Positions 11,566-23,241 of a DNA stretch of 64,000 nt are shown here, piece after piece. Where the stretch lies: positions 434,001 through 498,000 of the forward strand of contig OZ251235.1 of NCBI GenBank assembly GCA_965240325.2, in the 5' to 3' direction. A model generated the notes under the pieces. It had not been told where the DNA came from, did not search any database, and saw nothing but the letters and a program-made list of their open reading frames with translations. The stretch's first letter is position 1, and each line of letters begins with the position of its first letter. The position numbers were made by a program, and so were the translations under genes. This stretch comes from Rebecca billardiae RCC1528 (taxonomy: Eukaryota; Protista; Haptophyta).

Positions 11566-13133
11566 GAGTGAGTCGTGCCGCGGAGCTCGGAGTACTGAAG
11601 GAGTCGGGTGTGACAGCAGGGTGCTTTAGCGCTGCGGCCCGTGCCAGCCAACGACCAGACGTACTCTGGCCACTTGACCCGTTGCACGGGTGAGTGACCG
11701 TACGCCCTGCCTAGTGCCTACCGCGCGCGCCGCGCGACCGGCGACTCGGGGTGATGGAGAGCGGATGGCGACAGCAGCAGCAGTCCTCATGAAGACGATG
11801 AAACTGGCGGCACGGGTGCACGAGGTGGCAGGCGAAAGCGCGCCGACGAGACCGCATTTGACACACCTGAGCCGCACGCGCGTGCCGTCGCCGAGGGCGA
11901 GTGGCGAGCGCTGCAAACGCGCAACCGTACCGCGCGCGCCACGACGGCGCGGCACTAGCTGATGCAGGCCGTACTGCCGGCACTGCTTCTGCGATCATGC
12001 GCCACGGTCGCAGCTGACTGCGTGAGCAGCAAGCGGGAGGCGGGTCCGGAGGCACGTGCAGGCGCCGTCCCGCATATCCGCCATCGCCCATCGTGCCGGG
12101 GCACGTCACCTCCGACGATCCGGATGTGGCCCAGTCCGGACGTCACGCGATCCGGGAAGACGAGTACGATTCGCTCGTAACGAACCGTTACACTAATGTC
12201 ACGTCCAGCTGACGTCCAGATCGCACTTTACTTAAGGGAATCAGCTGGGCGCGCTTTTTTTTGGCCTGATAGACCTCTCAATGCGATCTCAAAAACTCGA
12301 AACTCGGTCTCCGCCAGCCCTAAAAATCGCCCCCGTCCCTTTTTTTCCGCCGCCCCCCGTCCCTTTTTTCTTGATCAAAGATCTTTTTGAAACGTGGTTC
12401 GGGCCCGCTGGTGCGGGCTCCACGCTGCGCGCTCCGCCCTGCACCGCGGGCCATAACTATATGTTTTAATTTATTTACTGGTGCACGTGACGTCTTGATT
12501 AAGCCTTATTAAGAGTTAAGGCGTGATTGACGCCATCCAACACTGCACAAAGACACCGCGCCACAAAACAGACCGGCGCAGGCAGGTCAGGGGTTGCCGC
12601 ACCTCATCCGGAGGCGGCCATTCACATTGCACTCACTAATAATTGCAGCAAGCGGCCGCCCGGCGCCCCGCGCTCGGCCAAGGCACGCGCTCGAGACAGC
12701 GCGCTCCGTGACACCACTCCGACGGGGAGGGTGCTGCACCTGGATGTTGTATCCCAGCCACCTCGAGAGTGCAGCCACGCCAGACAGTAGTGAAACACCT
12801 GCCTACGCTGTGTACTAGCACCTGATCAGAATGACGAATACTGATAATGGTGATCCTACTCCTAGAATGCAGACTGCAGTCAGCAGCTAGTGACGTCTGC
12901 TGCCGTGGCGCCCGGTGAAGAGCGAGCCTGCTGTCATACGCGACACTATATCTTTGGGGTCATTGCGCTGGCCAAGGCAGCCTGGAGCCCGCGCCCGCGG
13001 CGCTGCCACGGCGAGCACAGCCTGCGCGGTAAGTCGCGTGCCGCCGTGCCCAGCGGCGTCGTCACATCGATCATCGGCCATAGGCTGCATCAGCCCGCGG
13101 CCCCACGAGTCAGGAGCGAATGCCAATGGCGCA

Positions 13134-13643
13134 TCAGAGGGGCGGCGTCCCAGCACCGGGGGGCTGGAAGAACGGCGAGGTGATGTAGAGCTCGAAGATA
13201 ATCGCGAGTCCGATGAAGAACCACGTGCCTGTCTTCACGGCTGTGAGCAGGAGCGGCTCGTCAGACCATCGCAGCCCGCGCAGGGTGTTCGCCGTCTTGG
13301 TGAGGAGCTCCTTGTCCGGAGAAGCGGGCGTGGGCGTCTGTGCTGCTCGACGCGCCTCATCCTCTGGCGTCGGGTTGGCGAAGGCAGAGCGGGCCGTGGG
13401 CATGGGCGGTGGGGTGGCCATCGGCGTCGGCATGTCTGTGCCCTCGGCGCGCGCCACCTCGCGCCGCTCCGCCTCGCTCAGCTCCTCCTCGTCGCTCATG
13501 GTCAGGCGGCGCAGGGCGCCCGCCGAGCTGGCCGTGCGGACGCGAAGACCAGATGATGATGGCAGCGCGCGCGCTCGCAGAGTTGCCGCCTCCGCCGAGG
13601 TGGCGAGCGCGAGGGCAGCAGCGAACGCCACGGCGCGCATCAT
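13134..13643 (-). CDS. Small probable plastid-targeted membrane protein of unknown function
   Basis: Signal peptide MMRAVAFAAALALATSAEA, Arg/Ser/Ala transit-like segment ending RRLTM, acidic domain, C-terminal hydrophobic helix GTWFFIGLAIIFELYI. Confidence 0.75.
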   Translation of the reverse strand: MMRAVAFAAALALATSAEAATLRARALPSSSGLRVRTASSAGALRRLTMSDEEELSEAERREVARAEGTDMPTPMATPPPMPTARSAFANPTPEDEARRAAQTPTPASPDKELLTKTANTLRGLRWSDEPLLLTAVKTGTWFFIGLAIIFELYITSPFFQPPGAGTPPL

Positions 13644-14176
13644 GTCAGGATGGCTGCACTGCAGTCTGCACTCTGCAGTCTGCACGCGTGTTCGCTTTGT
13701 TCGGATGGCGTTCACTCCCCGCGGCAAGGGCGGCGCCCCCGGATCGAAGGGCTGCTGATGACTTCGCGTCGTCAGCAAAATGCATTTGCAGCTGGCGCGG
13801 AACTCGGACGAGAATGCTCGGGGCCAACGGTCTTCGCGGCAAGGACGGGCTCCGCCGCCGGGTCGACCGTCGACGGTTGGCCACTTTCACCTACGACCGC
13901 GGGCGCCCGCGCCACTGGCCGCGACGGAAAACTGCTTGGCGCGACGCCCTCGCGCCCACGCGCGCCAAGTGGACGCACGGTGTGCGCGCGAAGGGGTGGC
14001 TCGCGCGTGCGCTCCGGTGGCGTTGCCGCCGTGCATCAGCCGTGACATCCCCGCGGCGCGACACTGAGCCGCCGCCGCCGCCCCCTCCCTCCGCATTTGC
14101 ACGAACGCATGCCTGAAGCGCAGCGCACGCTGCGCCGACCGACGCGTCGAAGCCACCCCAAGCCCGCCGCGCGCGC

Positions 14177-15122
14177 ATGTCGTTCTTCACGTCGGAGCTG
14201 CTCAACCGCAAGACGCCTATCGGCGCTCTTTGGTGCGCGCCGAGCGGACCGCCTCGCGGCCGAGCACACGCCGCCTGATGGTTGTGTGCGCGCGCCTGGA
14301 GCACGCGCCCGTTCGGAGCACCGCCTGACCGCCCGCCGCGCGCCGGTGCTGGCTGCGCAGGAGCGTCGGCACGAACACGGTGTCGCCACGGCAGATGAAG
14401 CACATCGTCGCGCACTCCGATATCAGTGCCCTGTGCCGCGCCCTGCTCATGCCCTCCGGCCCCATCGCGCTGCGCACGCAGGCCGTGCTGCTGCGCGGCG
14501 TCGTGCTGATCGCGGAGGCGCAGTCGGTCGCTCTGCTCGAGGATGTGGTGGCGCACATGTACTCGCTGCGCCACGCCTTCTCGCGCCGGATGGACATGGC
14601 GAGGCCCAGCGCCACGTTCGCCTCGATCACGCGGCGCAGGCCGGGCGAGGCCCCCGCGCGCGCCTCGGCGCAGTACGACGAGCCGCTGGACGCGCTCGGC
14701 GCGGGCGCCGAGGCGGAGGAGGCGCCCGACGAGGAGCTGCTGCTGCTGCTCGGCGCGCCCGAGGAGACGGTCGCCATCTCGCTCGCGCTGCCTGCGCCGG
14801 GCGGGCTTGGCGCGGCGGGGCTGGAGGGCGAGCTCGAGGAGGAGGGTGGCCCCGAGGACATCGTCGAGGCCGAGCTGCTCACGCCCGTCCACCGCGCCCC
14901 CGCCGCGCTGATCACGCTGCAGGGCGACGCAGATGAGCACGGCGCCGCCGGCGCGCCGCCGCTCGCGGCCGACGTGGCGATGGGCGACGCCGGCTTTGGC
15001 GCGCTCGAGCGCGGCGAGTATCGCGAGCAGCTGGGGCTGTACGCGCTGGGCGAGCAAGTCCAGGCGGCAGCCTCGACGCACCGCCCGCTCCGAGCCGCCG
15101 AGGACCCCGCCCTCGCCTCAGG

Positions 15123-15153
<31 letters not shown>

Positions 15154-16940
15154 GGCGGCGGCGGCGATGCTCTTGATGAGGAGGAGGATGGCCACGACGT
15201 CGACGGTGCTGGCGGCCGCGCGTTTGGGGCTGAGGGCTTGGTACCAGACGGTGCGCTTGCGCGCGCGCGCGTGGAGATGCCCCACACTCTGACGGTGGGC
15301 GCAGGGCCTGCGCGGGCTCCCGAGGGCGCTGACGGCCCGCGCAGTGCGGAGGCTGACGACACCCGCTCGGGCGCAGCCAGCGACGCGGTGCCTCCGGCCG
15401 TCGGCGCGGCGCGCGCGCCCGACGACGATGGCAGCAACAACGCGGACGATGCGGAGGCTGGCGTTCGCGCAGGGCCGGTCGCGCAGGGAGCGAAGCCCGG
15501 CGCGCAGCAGCGAGAGCGCACGCAGCCTGCGCCCAAGCAGCGCGCGCCCAAGCTCAAGATCGACTGGAGGACGCAGCTGGCCGCCACCAAGTACGAGGGC
15601 TGGGTCCAGGACGCGTCCGCCACGGTGCGCGGCGCGCCGGGCGCTTCACCCGCGGGGGGGGCTCCGGTGGGCCCACGCATCAGGGGGCTGGGAGCAGGCG
15701 CAGTCGGCGGCGAGACGAGCGCGACGACGAGCGCTCTCCGAAGGATGCTCGCGGAGCCGAGCGTGCGCGCCGCCTTCCGCGCCTCGCCCATCGACTCTGC
15801 GCACGCGTGGGCGGCGGGCGCGGACGCAAACGCCGACCAAGACGCCGCGCCCTCACCCTTGGCGGGGGCGGCGGGTGGCGACACGCCGCCCTCGCGCGCG
15901 CTCGCGCTCGTCGGCGCCACCCCCGAGGGCGCGAAAGCACCGGTGCCGGTGCCGGCGGGCGCCGCCTCCGCCGCCGACGAGGAGGACGAGCCCTCACCCG
16001 AGGCGCTGCGGCTGGGCGCGCTGCCGGGCTCGCGCTCGCGCTCGCGCTCGACAGACGCGCTGCTGGAGGAGGCGCTGGCCGAGCAGCAGCTCGGCGGGAT
16101 GGGCGGCACGCCCGTGAGTGCGGACGCGCCCTTGCCGCCGTTCCCCCCGCCGCTGCCCTCGCTCTCGCCCGCTGCGCCCCTCCACCCGCTCGGCGGCCAT
16201 GGCGGCCTCAGCGGCGACGAGAGCGACGACGAGCCTGATGGGCCTCACGACCGCGCGCACACGCGCACGCCCGAGCTCACGCTGGGCGCCGCGCAGCTTG
16301 CGCCGCAGCTCGACGTCGGTGCTGGCACGCCCGGCGCAGCCGCGGGCGGGCGTCTCGGTCGGAGCGCGTTTGCGCTGCTCGAGACGATCCGCCGCGCGCA
16401 CGGCGCCCTCCAAGACCAGGCGCTCAGCGCCGCGGCGGGCGCGGGTCGAAGCGACGGCGCGGAGGGCCCAGCACGCGTTGCCCTCGCCTTCCAGGCCCAC
16501 GTGTTGGTGCGTGGCGCACGCCCGCCGCCCAGCGCGCCACACGCGGACGCCATGGCGCGGCACGCCCACGGGCAGACACGCGGCTGACCGCGCGCGAGTG
16601 CGCCCGCGTTGGGCACGACCGCGCCCTGCACCCCGCCGCCTCGCAACGACAGGACGCCCAGCTCCGCGCGCGGATGCAGCAGGAGCGAGCGCGCACGCCC
16701 GGGACGCGCTCAGACGACGACATCCGCCGCCGGCTGATGGCGTGCTCCCTCATGGAGCTGCTCACGCTCGCGTCGCACGGGCGCGTGCTGCTCGGCCAGG
16801 AGGCGCCGTACACCGACATTGCGGTCGAGCCGGGCCCGTCGTGGGCGAGTGACTCGCACGAGAACAGCAGCACCGCCAGCGGGTCCACCTCTGCGCGATC
16901 GGGACTGCCGTCCTCATCCGAGCCCGAGGACAGCAATTAG
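14177..16940 (+). CDS. Rad21/Rec8-family cohesin kleisin; exons 14177-14232, 14361-16506, 16653-16940
   Basis: Spliced N-terminus MSFFTSELLNRKTPIGALW...HSDISALC...PIALRTQAVLLRGVVLI matches the Rad21_Rec8_N pattern. C-terminus LMELLTLASHGRVLLGQEAPYTDIAVEPGP matches the kleisin winged helix (cf. QEEPYSDI). Two GT-AG introns restore frame. Confidence 0.85.
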
Positions 16941-17296
16941 TGGCGGGCGCAATATATTCTGATGGCGCGGATGAAGTATCTGTAGCTTAGTAGATAGCAG
17001 ATAGCATGCTTAAAATTCCCCTTTATAACGGGCTCCGGGTGATCAGGCTGGCGGCCGAAGCCTCCAGCCCTACCCTGGCCAGCCCCCAACCAACCACCAC
17101 CCTCACCCAACCTCATTCCTCAAACCACTTACCGAGACACGCATGCAGCATAGCTTCGGGCAGCAACTTTGGCTATAGCGCATATCAGCAGGTGCGTGGT
17201 GGCTACTACTCACTAGTCGTTACCGCGCGCGAAGCGTCGCGAATCTGCGCTTATTATAAAATTGAGCGCTTCGTCTATCGCGCGGGTGATGCTTCG

Positions 17297-18520
17297 TCAG
17301 GCCGTCGGACGCAGATTCACCCAGTGGTTTGCGCACCACTTCTCGCCCGAGAGCACCTCGCATCCCGCGTGCAGCGCCGTCGGGTCGAAGGAGCCGTCGT
17401 CTAGGTGGTTGTAGAACAAGACAGCAGCCCCACGTATGGGTGCGACACGCAGCCCAATGGACTTGGCCGCCTCTCGAGCACCGAGCTCGGCGGCGCTCTC
17501 GCCTTCCGCAAGGCGCTTGAGAAGCGCACCCGCCTCGTCTGCGCTCATCGCGCCGCTCGCTGCAGGGAAGGCGGTGTGCCCGCCCTCCTCCACGTCGTTG
17601 AGGTAGTACAGTGCGGTCAGGTGTCGCGTGTGCATGGCGCTCGAGTCGTGGTGGAGCTCGAACTTGCCGCCAGCGCCGTAGTGCACCACCTGCAGGTCCT
17701 CAGAGTGCGCGGTGAAGTGCTCGGGGAGCTGCGCGAGCGCGGCGAGCCGCGACTCAAGCCGCGCCACTGCCGCGTCCTGCGCGCTGCGCACCCACACGCT
17801 TTCGCTCGAGCGCCACGTGCCCGCCTGGCCGGGCCCGCCTGTGACGCCGGAGGCCTTCAGCCGCCCTCTCGCGAGCTCGATGATGCGCGCGCACTCGTCG
17901 TCACTGAGAAGGCCATCGACGCGCAGCACCAGGGGACAGAGCGAGAGGGTCGTGGCGCTGAAGCTGCCGTGTGCCCCCGCGTCCAGCTGCTGCACGTGCC
18001 CCACGGCGACACCGTCGAGCCGAGGAAGGCTGGTGCCAGCCGCCGCAGAAGCTACGCCCTGGCTCGCGGGCTCGGCGGCGGTTGAGGCGGCGGCGACCGC
18101 GAGCGCCTCGGCGCGGGCAAACTGAAGGTGCGCCTCCTCCGGCTGGCCCAGATCCTGCAGGATGTTCCCAAGCAGGTGGTGCGCCTGCACGTAGCCCTCG
18201 CGCAGCGCGAGCGCGCGCTTCACGTGCTTGATCGCTTTGCGCGCCGAGCCCTCGTGCTCGGCGAGGAGCACGGCGAGATTGTAGTGCGCCTCGGCAAATT
18301 CGGCGTCTGCTTCGATGGCCTGTGTCCAGTGCCTCTTGGCCGCGTCCACGTCGCCCTTCTTCAGGTAGATGGCAGCAACGTTGTTGTGCACCTTCGCGCG
18401 CGTACCGTCCAGCTTGAGCACGTCGAGGTAGTGCGCGAGTGCTTCGTCCAGCTGGCCTGCGCGGTGGGCCTCAACAGCGGAGGCGTAGCATTTATGCAGC
18501 GTCGCCGACGAGTCGGCCAT
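17297..18520 (-). CDS. TPR-containing prolyl 4-hydroxylase-like 2OG-Fe(II) oxygenase
   Basis: N-terminal TPRs (AEAHYNLAVLL, AHHLLGNILQDLG). P4H domain: LLSDDECARII, EDLQVVHYGAGGKFELHHD (HxD), LYYLNDVEEGGHTAFP, ALHAGCEVLSGEKWCANHW. Confidence 0.9.
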   Translation of the reverse strand: MADSSATLHKCYASAVEAHRAGQLDEALAHYLDVLKLDGTRAKVHNNVAAIYLKKGDVDAAKRHWTQAIEADAEFAEAHYNLAVLLAEHEGSARKAIKHVKRALALREGYVQAHHLLGNILQDLGQPEEAHLQFARAEALAVAAASTAAEPASQGVASAAAGTSLPRLDGVAVGHVQQLDAGAHGSFSATTLSLCPLVLRVDGLLSDDECARIIELARGRLKASGVTGGPGQAGTWRSSESVWVRSAQDAAVARLESRLAALAQLPEHFTAHSEDLQVVHYGAGGKFELHHDSSAMHTRHLTALYYLNDVEEGGHTAFPAASGAMSADEAGALLKRLAEGESAAELGAREAAKSIGLRVAPIRGAAVLFYNHLDDGSFDPTALHAGCEVLSGEKWCANHWVNLRPTA

Positions 18521-18532
18521 CTTACCGTCGTC

Positions 18533-18590
18533 AATCTCGCCCAACCTGCCTGAGCTGTGTGTGTCCGTCTCTTATTCATAGTAAACTGTA
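18533..18590 (+). repeat. Dispersed ~48-bp element, family A (AATCTCGCCTGCCTGAGCTGTGTGCGTCTCTTATTCTTAGTAAACTGTA), diverged copy
   Basis: Matches the tandem copies at 31110-31203 and the reverse tandem copies at 38349-38438. Confidence 0.85.
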
Positions 18591-18751
18591 CCAAAGCGGC
18601 CACCGCCCACCTGCCGGGCGTGGTCCGGGTGTCGGCGCAGCCGCCAAAATTATCGAGCCGACGAAGCAGCACGAGGCTGTTCATCCTGGGGTGAAACGGC
18701 GGCAGATTTCAACGCAGCAGGCGAGGCCTGGGCGGGTGGCGGTGGAGCATC

Positions 18752-19801
18752 ATGTCGACGAGCGAGCTCACGCTCGAGCAGCGCGAGCGCATCGAGGCGA
18801 ACAGGCGCCTAGCGCTCGAGCGGCGGCAGCAGGCTCTCGCACGGCGAGCCTCGGCCGAAGCGTGCGCTGCATCCGCCTCGCCTTGCGCGCACAAGTCGCG
18901 ACTTGTCCTCAGCCAGCACGCTCCGAGTCGATCCAACGAACGACCGCAAAAGGAGGCGGACGAGGATGCGTGTGCGATCTGCTACGAGGGGTTGGGGTCC
19001 ACACGCGCCCTCCTCGACTGTTGCACGCACACCTTCCACCACGCGTGCATCATGGAGTGGGTGCAGCGCACGAACAAGTGCCCGCTGTGCGTTGCACGCG
19101 TGCAGTACATCACGCACGTCGCTGACTGCAAAGTGCTCTCGACCACTCGCTGCCAGGACAGAGAACAGCGGGTGGTGGATGACGACGCGACCGTGGACCT
19201 GGTGAACTCGATGCAGGCCGAGGAGTGGGGGACCGATGACGACGTGTGCGAGATGTGCGGCTCGGGGGCGGACGAGAGCCTGCTCCTCGTCTGCGATTCG
19301 TGTGATGGCGGCTATTGCCACACGTACTGCTGCGACCCGCCCTTGGTGGAGGTCCCGGACGGCGAATGGCTGTGCGAGACGTGCGCCAGAGGCGCAGCTG
19401 CAGTCGCGTCAGGCCATCCGCAACGCGCACGTGCCACCCAAGCGGATGCACCCGCCGGGCCTGGGCGGATCGCAGCTGCTCGCGGCAGGTTGATTGTCCT
19501 CGATGACAGCGATGATGAGGACCACGCAGACCGCATCGCGGCGAACGCGTGCCCTTCTGGCGTGGTCAACAACCGTGGCCTCGACCTCGCGGCTGCTTCG
19601 CACGAGCCTTTCGACCTCTGCATGGTTGAAGAGCGGGACGACCGCGATGGGATCGACATCGATCTGACCGTTGACGAGAACGATCCGTGGCAGAATTGGC
19701 GGCACCGCGGACATCGGCCTCGGTCGAGTCAGAGTCGGGCACCCCGGGGCCAGGCCCAGACCCAGTGGTCACACCATGGGTCAAGGCGTCCAGCTTTTTG
19801 A
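18752..19801 (+). CDS. RING + PHD finger protein (PHRF1-like) with N-terminal RPA32-binding-like helix
   Basis: RING CAIC...[14 protein letters not shown]...KCPLC; PHD CEMC...[34 protein letters not shown]; N-terminus [20 protein letters not shown]. Confidence 0.9.
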   Translation: MSTSELTLEQRERIEANRRLALERRQQALARRASAEACAASASPCAHKSRLVLSQHAPSRSNERPQKEADEDACAICYEGLGSTRALLDCCTHTFHHACIMEWVQRTNKCPLCVARVQYITHVADCKVLSTTRCQDREQRVVDDDATVDLVNSMQAEEWGTDDDVCEMCGSGADESLLLVCDSCDGGYCHTYCCDPPLVEVPDGEWLCETCARGAAAVASGHPQRARATQADAPAGPGRIAAARGRLIVLDDSDDEDHADRIAANACPSGVVNNRGLDLAAASHEPFDLCMVEERDDRDGIDIDLTVDENDPWQNWRHRGHRPRSSQSRAPRGQAQTQWSHHGSRRPAF

Positions 19802-19829
19802 GTGCGGGATCTCACCGCGCGGCGCGATC

Positions 19830-19942
<113 letters not shown>

Positions 19943-21209
19943 GATGCCGGCTGCCGCCCATTAATTGCCATTAGAACTGACGGGCAAAACCGGCTGGGCC
20001 AACTGATGCCGCGGACTCGCCACTCGCCCGAGACCGAGTGACTCGGCGTCGAGGACTGGCGGCCAGGCCGACGGCGGCCGCCCGATATATATATATATAT
20101 ATATAATTAATTAATTAATTAATTAATTCCGACGCACACTCGGCACATTCTGGTAGGGGCTCTGCCTCTGGCTTCGGAGTTCGGTTGACCCGGCCTGCCA
20201 GAGACGGGCACTGTGAGCTCCTTCATGAATAAGTCACTCGTGAAAACTGCACAGGAGGACCTCAATGGATGCCTAGATAGTAGATGATGACTTCAGAGCG
20301 ATATTGGGCCAACAAGCACTTCCTCTATAGTTCAGACTCTATTTTACTATGTATTTACCCATTTCAGACTCTGGTCAGAACACGGTCCGGGAGCGATCCG
20401 GGTGCACCCGTAGCTATTGGAAATATGTCACCGGACTGGGTAAGTAGCTATGAAAAATAGAGTCTGAAGTAGTCACAAACTGAGTTTCACACCCATTGAC
20501 GTGGTGCGGCTGCCAGTGCCAGTGGCCGGCCGCCCGATTGATGATTAACTTAATATATATATATATATATGCGGATAATAAGCGCGCTATTTTCAGACGA
20601 CTCGCCGCCCACTCGGTCTGGCCTCTACTGGGCCATAAAATTGTCCGAAGGACGAAGCCGAAGCCGAAGGTGAGTCGATCGACTACTATTATATTATACT
20701 GACTGTCACTGAGTACTTGAGACCTCCGACTCCGGCGGCCGGCCCGGGCCGCTCCGGGCCCGGGCCGCTGACGAGAGTCAGAGTCGGACGGCAGACGGCC
20801 TGGCCACGGGGAAGGGAGGGCGGTAGTATGCGTCCGCCTCGTGAGGCCGCGTGGCGTCACAGGGCCGCGCTGGGGCCCCGCGGCGGCCGTGTAGCTAATT
20901 TAAGTTTGCCTGACTGAGGACTGATCGCTGAGTGGGCCACTGACCCCGAGTGCTGACACGATCCGGCCGTCCGGGGTCCGAGATCACTTGACGGCTCACA
21001 GTCTAGACGCAGGATTGTAGCTATACGTCGAATCTACTCGGACCGGGTCAGTAACTAGCAACTCCATCGTGAGACGTGAATCGGCGCGGGGTTCGTCGCG
21101 TCTAAAAATTTTAAAAACCAAAACCTTATGGGGGCCACATTGTGAGTTTGAAACGGCGCCCGCCCAGCAGCCCAGGTTGTGCGAAAACGACGTGAGCCGT
21201 GTCACGGCA

Positions 21210-21540
21210 TTGTGAACCAAGTGGAGGGCGGGCATTTGGTCGAGTGCACCCGCTCGCTTGCCGGCGCGCTTGCCGTCGGCTCCGCGGATGTAAACACAGT
21301 CCGCGTTCCCCTCCCCGCGCCCGTGTCCAACCGCGCCGCGCCCGCCAACGCGCGTGCGCCCCGAGGCCGTGAATGCGCGTGCAATTTTGTGAACCAAGTG
21401 GAGGGCGGGCATTTGGTCCAGTGCACCCGCTCGCTGTCCGGCGCGCTTGCCGGTGGCTCCGCGGATGTAAACACAGTCCGCGTGTCCCTCCCCGCGCCCG
21501 TGTCCGACCGCGCCGCGCCCGCCAACGCGCGCGCACCGAG
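21210..21540. repeat. Tandem direct repeat, period ~177 bp, two copies
   Basis: TTGTGAACCAAGTGGAGGGCGGGCATTTGGTC... at 21210 and 21387. Confidence 0.9.
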
Positions 21541-21599
21541 CTTGCGCACGCACCTTGGCCGTCTTGGAGCTCGGGCGTTTCAGACTCGACACTTATCCT

Positions 21600-22710
21600 G
21601 TATGGAGCGCTCGTTGGAACTTACAGCGGGGGTGGAACTTGACACCGCATTTCCCAGCGAAGTGCCCCATCTCGGCGGGGCTGGCACGGTCGGCACACGC
21701 TCCTGAGCGCTCGCTTTGCGGTGCGACAGGCCTTGGGCAGCCCAGACAGACATGCCGCGACCGAATTACCGGGCCATGCGCGCACCACACCCGCGCTACA
21801 TGGCCTACGCGCTGGACGACTGAGAGGCAACGCCGAACCACTGCATTCCACTGCCCCGCATGCACCCCGAGTCACCTTCAGAGGGCGTCGACGAGCGCAG
21901 AGCGGGTGCATGGGAGTTCGACCAACTCGTGTACCTTCTTGCAAGCACCAGCGGCGAGGTCGCAAGCCGAACCTTGACCAGCCGTGGAACTTGAGCTGGT
22001 CGGCAGCAAAACCACCGTTCAACCCGGATCAAGTTAGCAGCGTGCGAGGAGGAGGCGCGGTGCGCGTCCGCGGCTGGCGAGAGGCGTCCGGACCGTGCCG
22101 TTCTCGGCCGCGCCCGCGCGCTTCCCGCCGCCGCGGGCCCCGTGTACGCCCGTCGTCGCCTTCGCCGCGCGGGCGCCAAACCGGCGTCAAGTTCCAACGA
22201 GCGCTCCGTACGGCACGGTCCGGACGCCTCTCGCCAGCCGCGGACGCGCACCGCGCCTCCTCCTCGCACGCTGCTAACTTGATCCGGGTTGAACGGTGGT
22301 TTTGCTGCCGACCAGCTCAAGTTCCACGGCTGGTCAAGGTTCGGCTTGCGACCTCGCCGCTGGTGCTTACAAGAAGGTACACGAGTTGGTCGAACTCCCA
22401 CGCACCCGCTCTGCGCTCGTCGACGCCCTCTGAAGGTGACTCGGGGTGCATGCGGGGCAGTGGAATGCAGTGGTTCGGCGTTGCCTCTCAGTCGTCCAGC
22501 GCGTAGGCCATGTAGCGCGGGTGTGGTGCGCGCATGGCCCGGTAATTCGGTCGCGGCATGTCTGTCTGGGCTGCCCAAGGCCTGCCGCACCGCGAAGCGA
22601 GCGCTCAGGAGCGTGTGCCGAGCGTGCCAGCCCCGCCGAGATGGGGCACTTCGCTGGGAAATGCGGTGTCAAGTTCCAAGCCCCGCCAAGTTCCAACGAG
22701 CGCTCCATAC
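21600..22710. repeat. Large inverted repeat (foldback): ~500-bp arms 21600-22101 and 22210-22710, 108-bp spacer
   Basis: The arms are near-perfect reverse complements; mirror ORFs 21721-22506(+) and 21805-22590(-) translate almost identically. Confidence 0.95.
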
Positions 22711-23241
22711 CTCAAACGCTGTGATGACGTGAATACGTGATCTCGAGCGAAAACACCGCCATTTTCATCAGTGAGAGTACCCACGCTATTAATCACTCAC
22801 GTATGATTCACTACTGAGTTTGAACGAGCAGGCTCTCCGTATTAATCGAGAAGGTCGCAACACATATTGTAAGGTCTCGCATACATTACAATCAACTCTG
22901 ACGTCCGCGCCCGCGTCCGGTGAAGCCCATGAAATGAAATGGCGGGCCGTTTTCAAGAGGTCCGGCGTCTGTCCCGACACATCGAATAGGACAAATTAGC
23001 TGTTGTCAGAGTCGCTCAAGGCACGACCGACTCACGTTAGTTCAATATTCATTATGGTACCCGGTCGACCGCCATCTACAAGTGAAACTGGGCGACGACA
23101 GGTGCTGATGAATCCCGATGAATACCCGCCGGTGCAGACCTTCTCGCGCCTGCCGCCGGCCCGGGGCGGCCCCTTTTCAACTACCCATTTGCCTCCCCCC
23201 GGCCCCCCACCCCGACACCTGCAGCATACAGGCCGTCGACC

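Noticed and set aside
18545-18590. Resemblance of family A (GTCTCTTAT) to the Tn5/Nextera adapter CTGTCTCTTATACACATCT
   Set aside because: Only a short core matches, and the copies carry individual mutations, so it is genomic rather than adapter contamination.
21721-22590. Twin 261-aa ORFs on opposite strands
   Set aside because: A consequence of the inverted repeat; non-ATG starts and no protein features.
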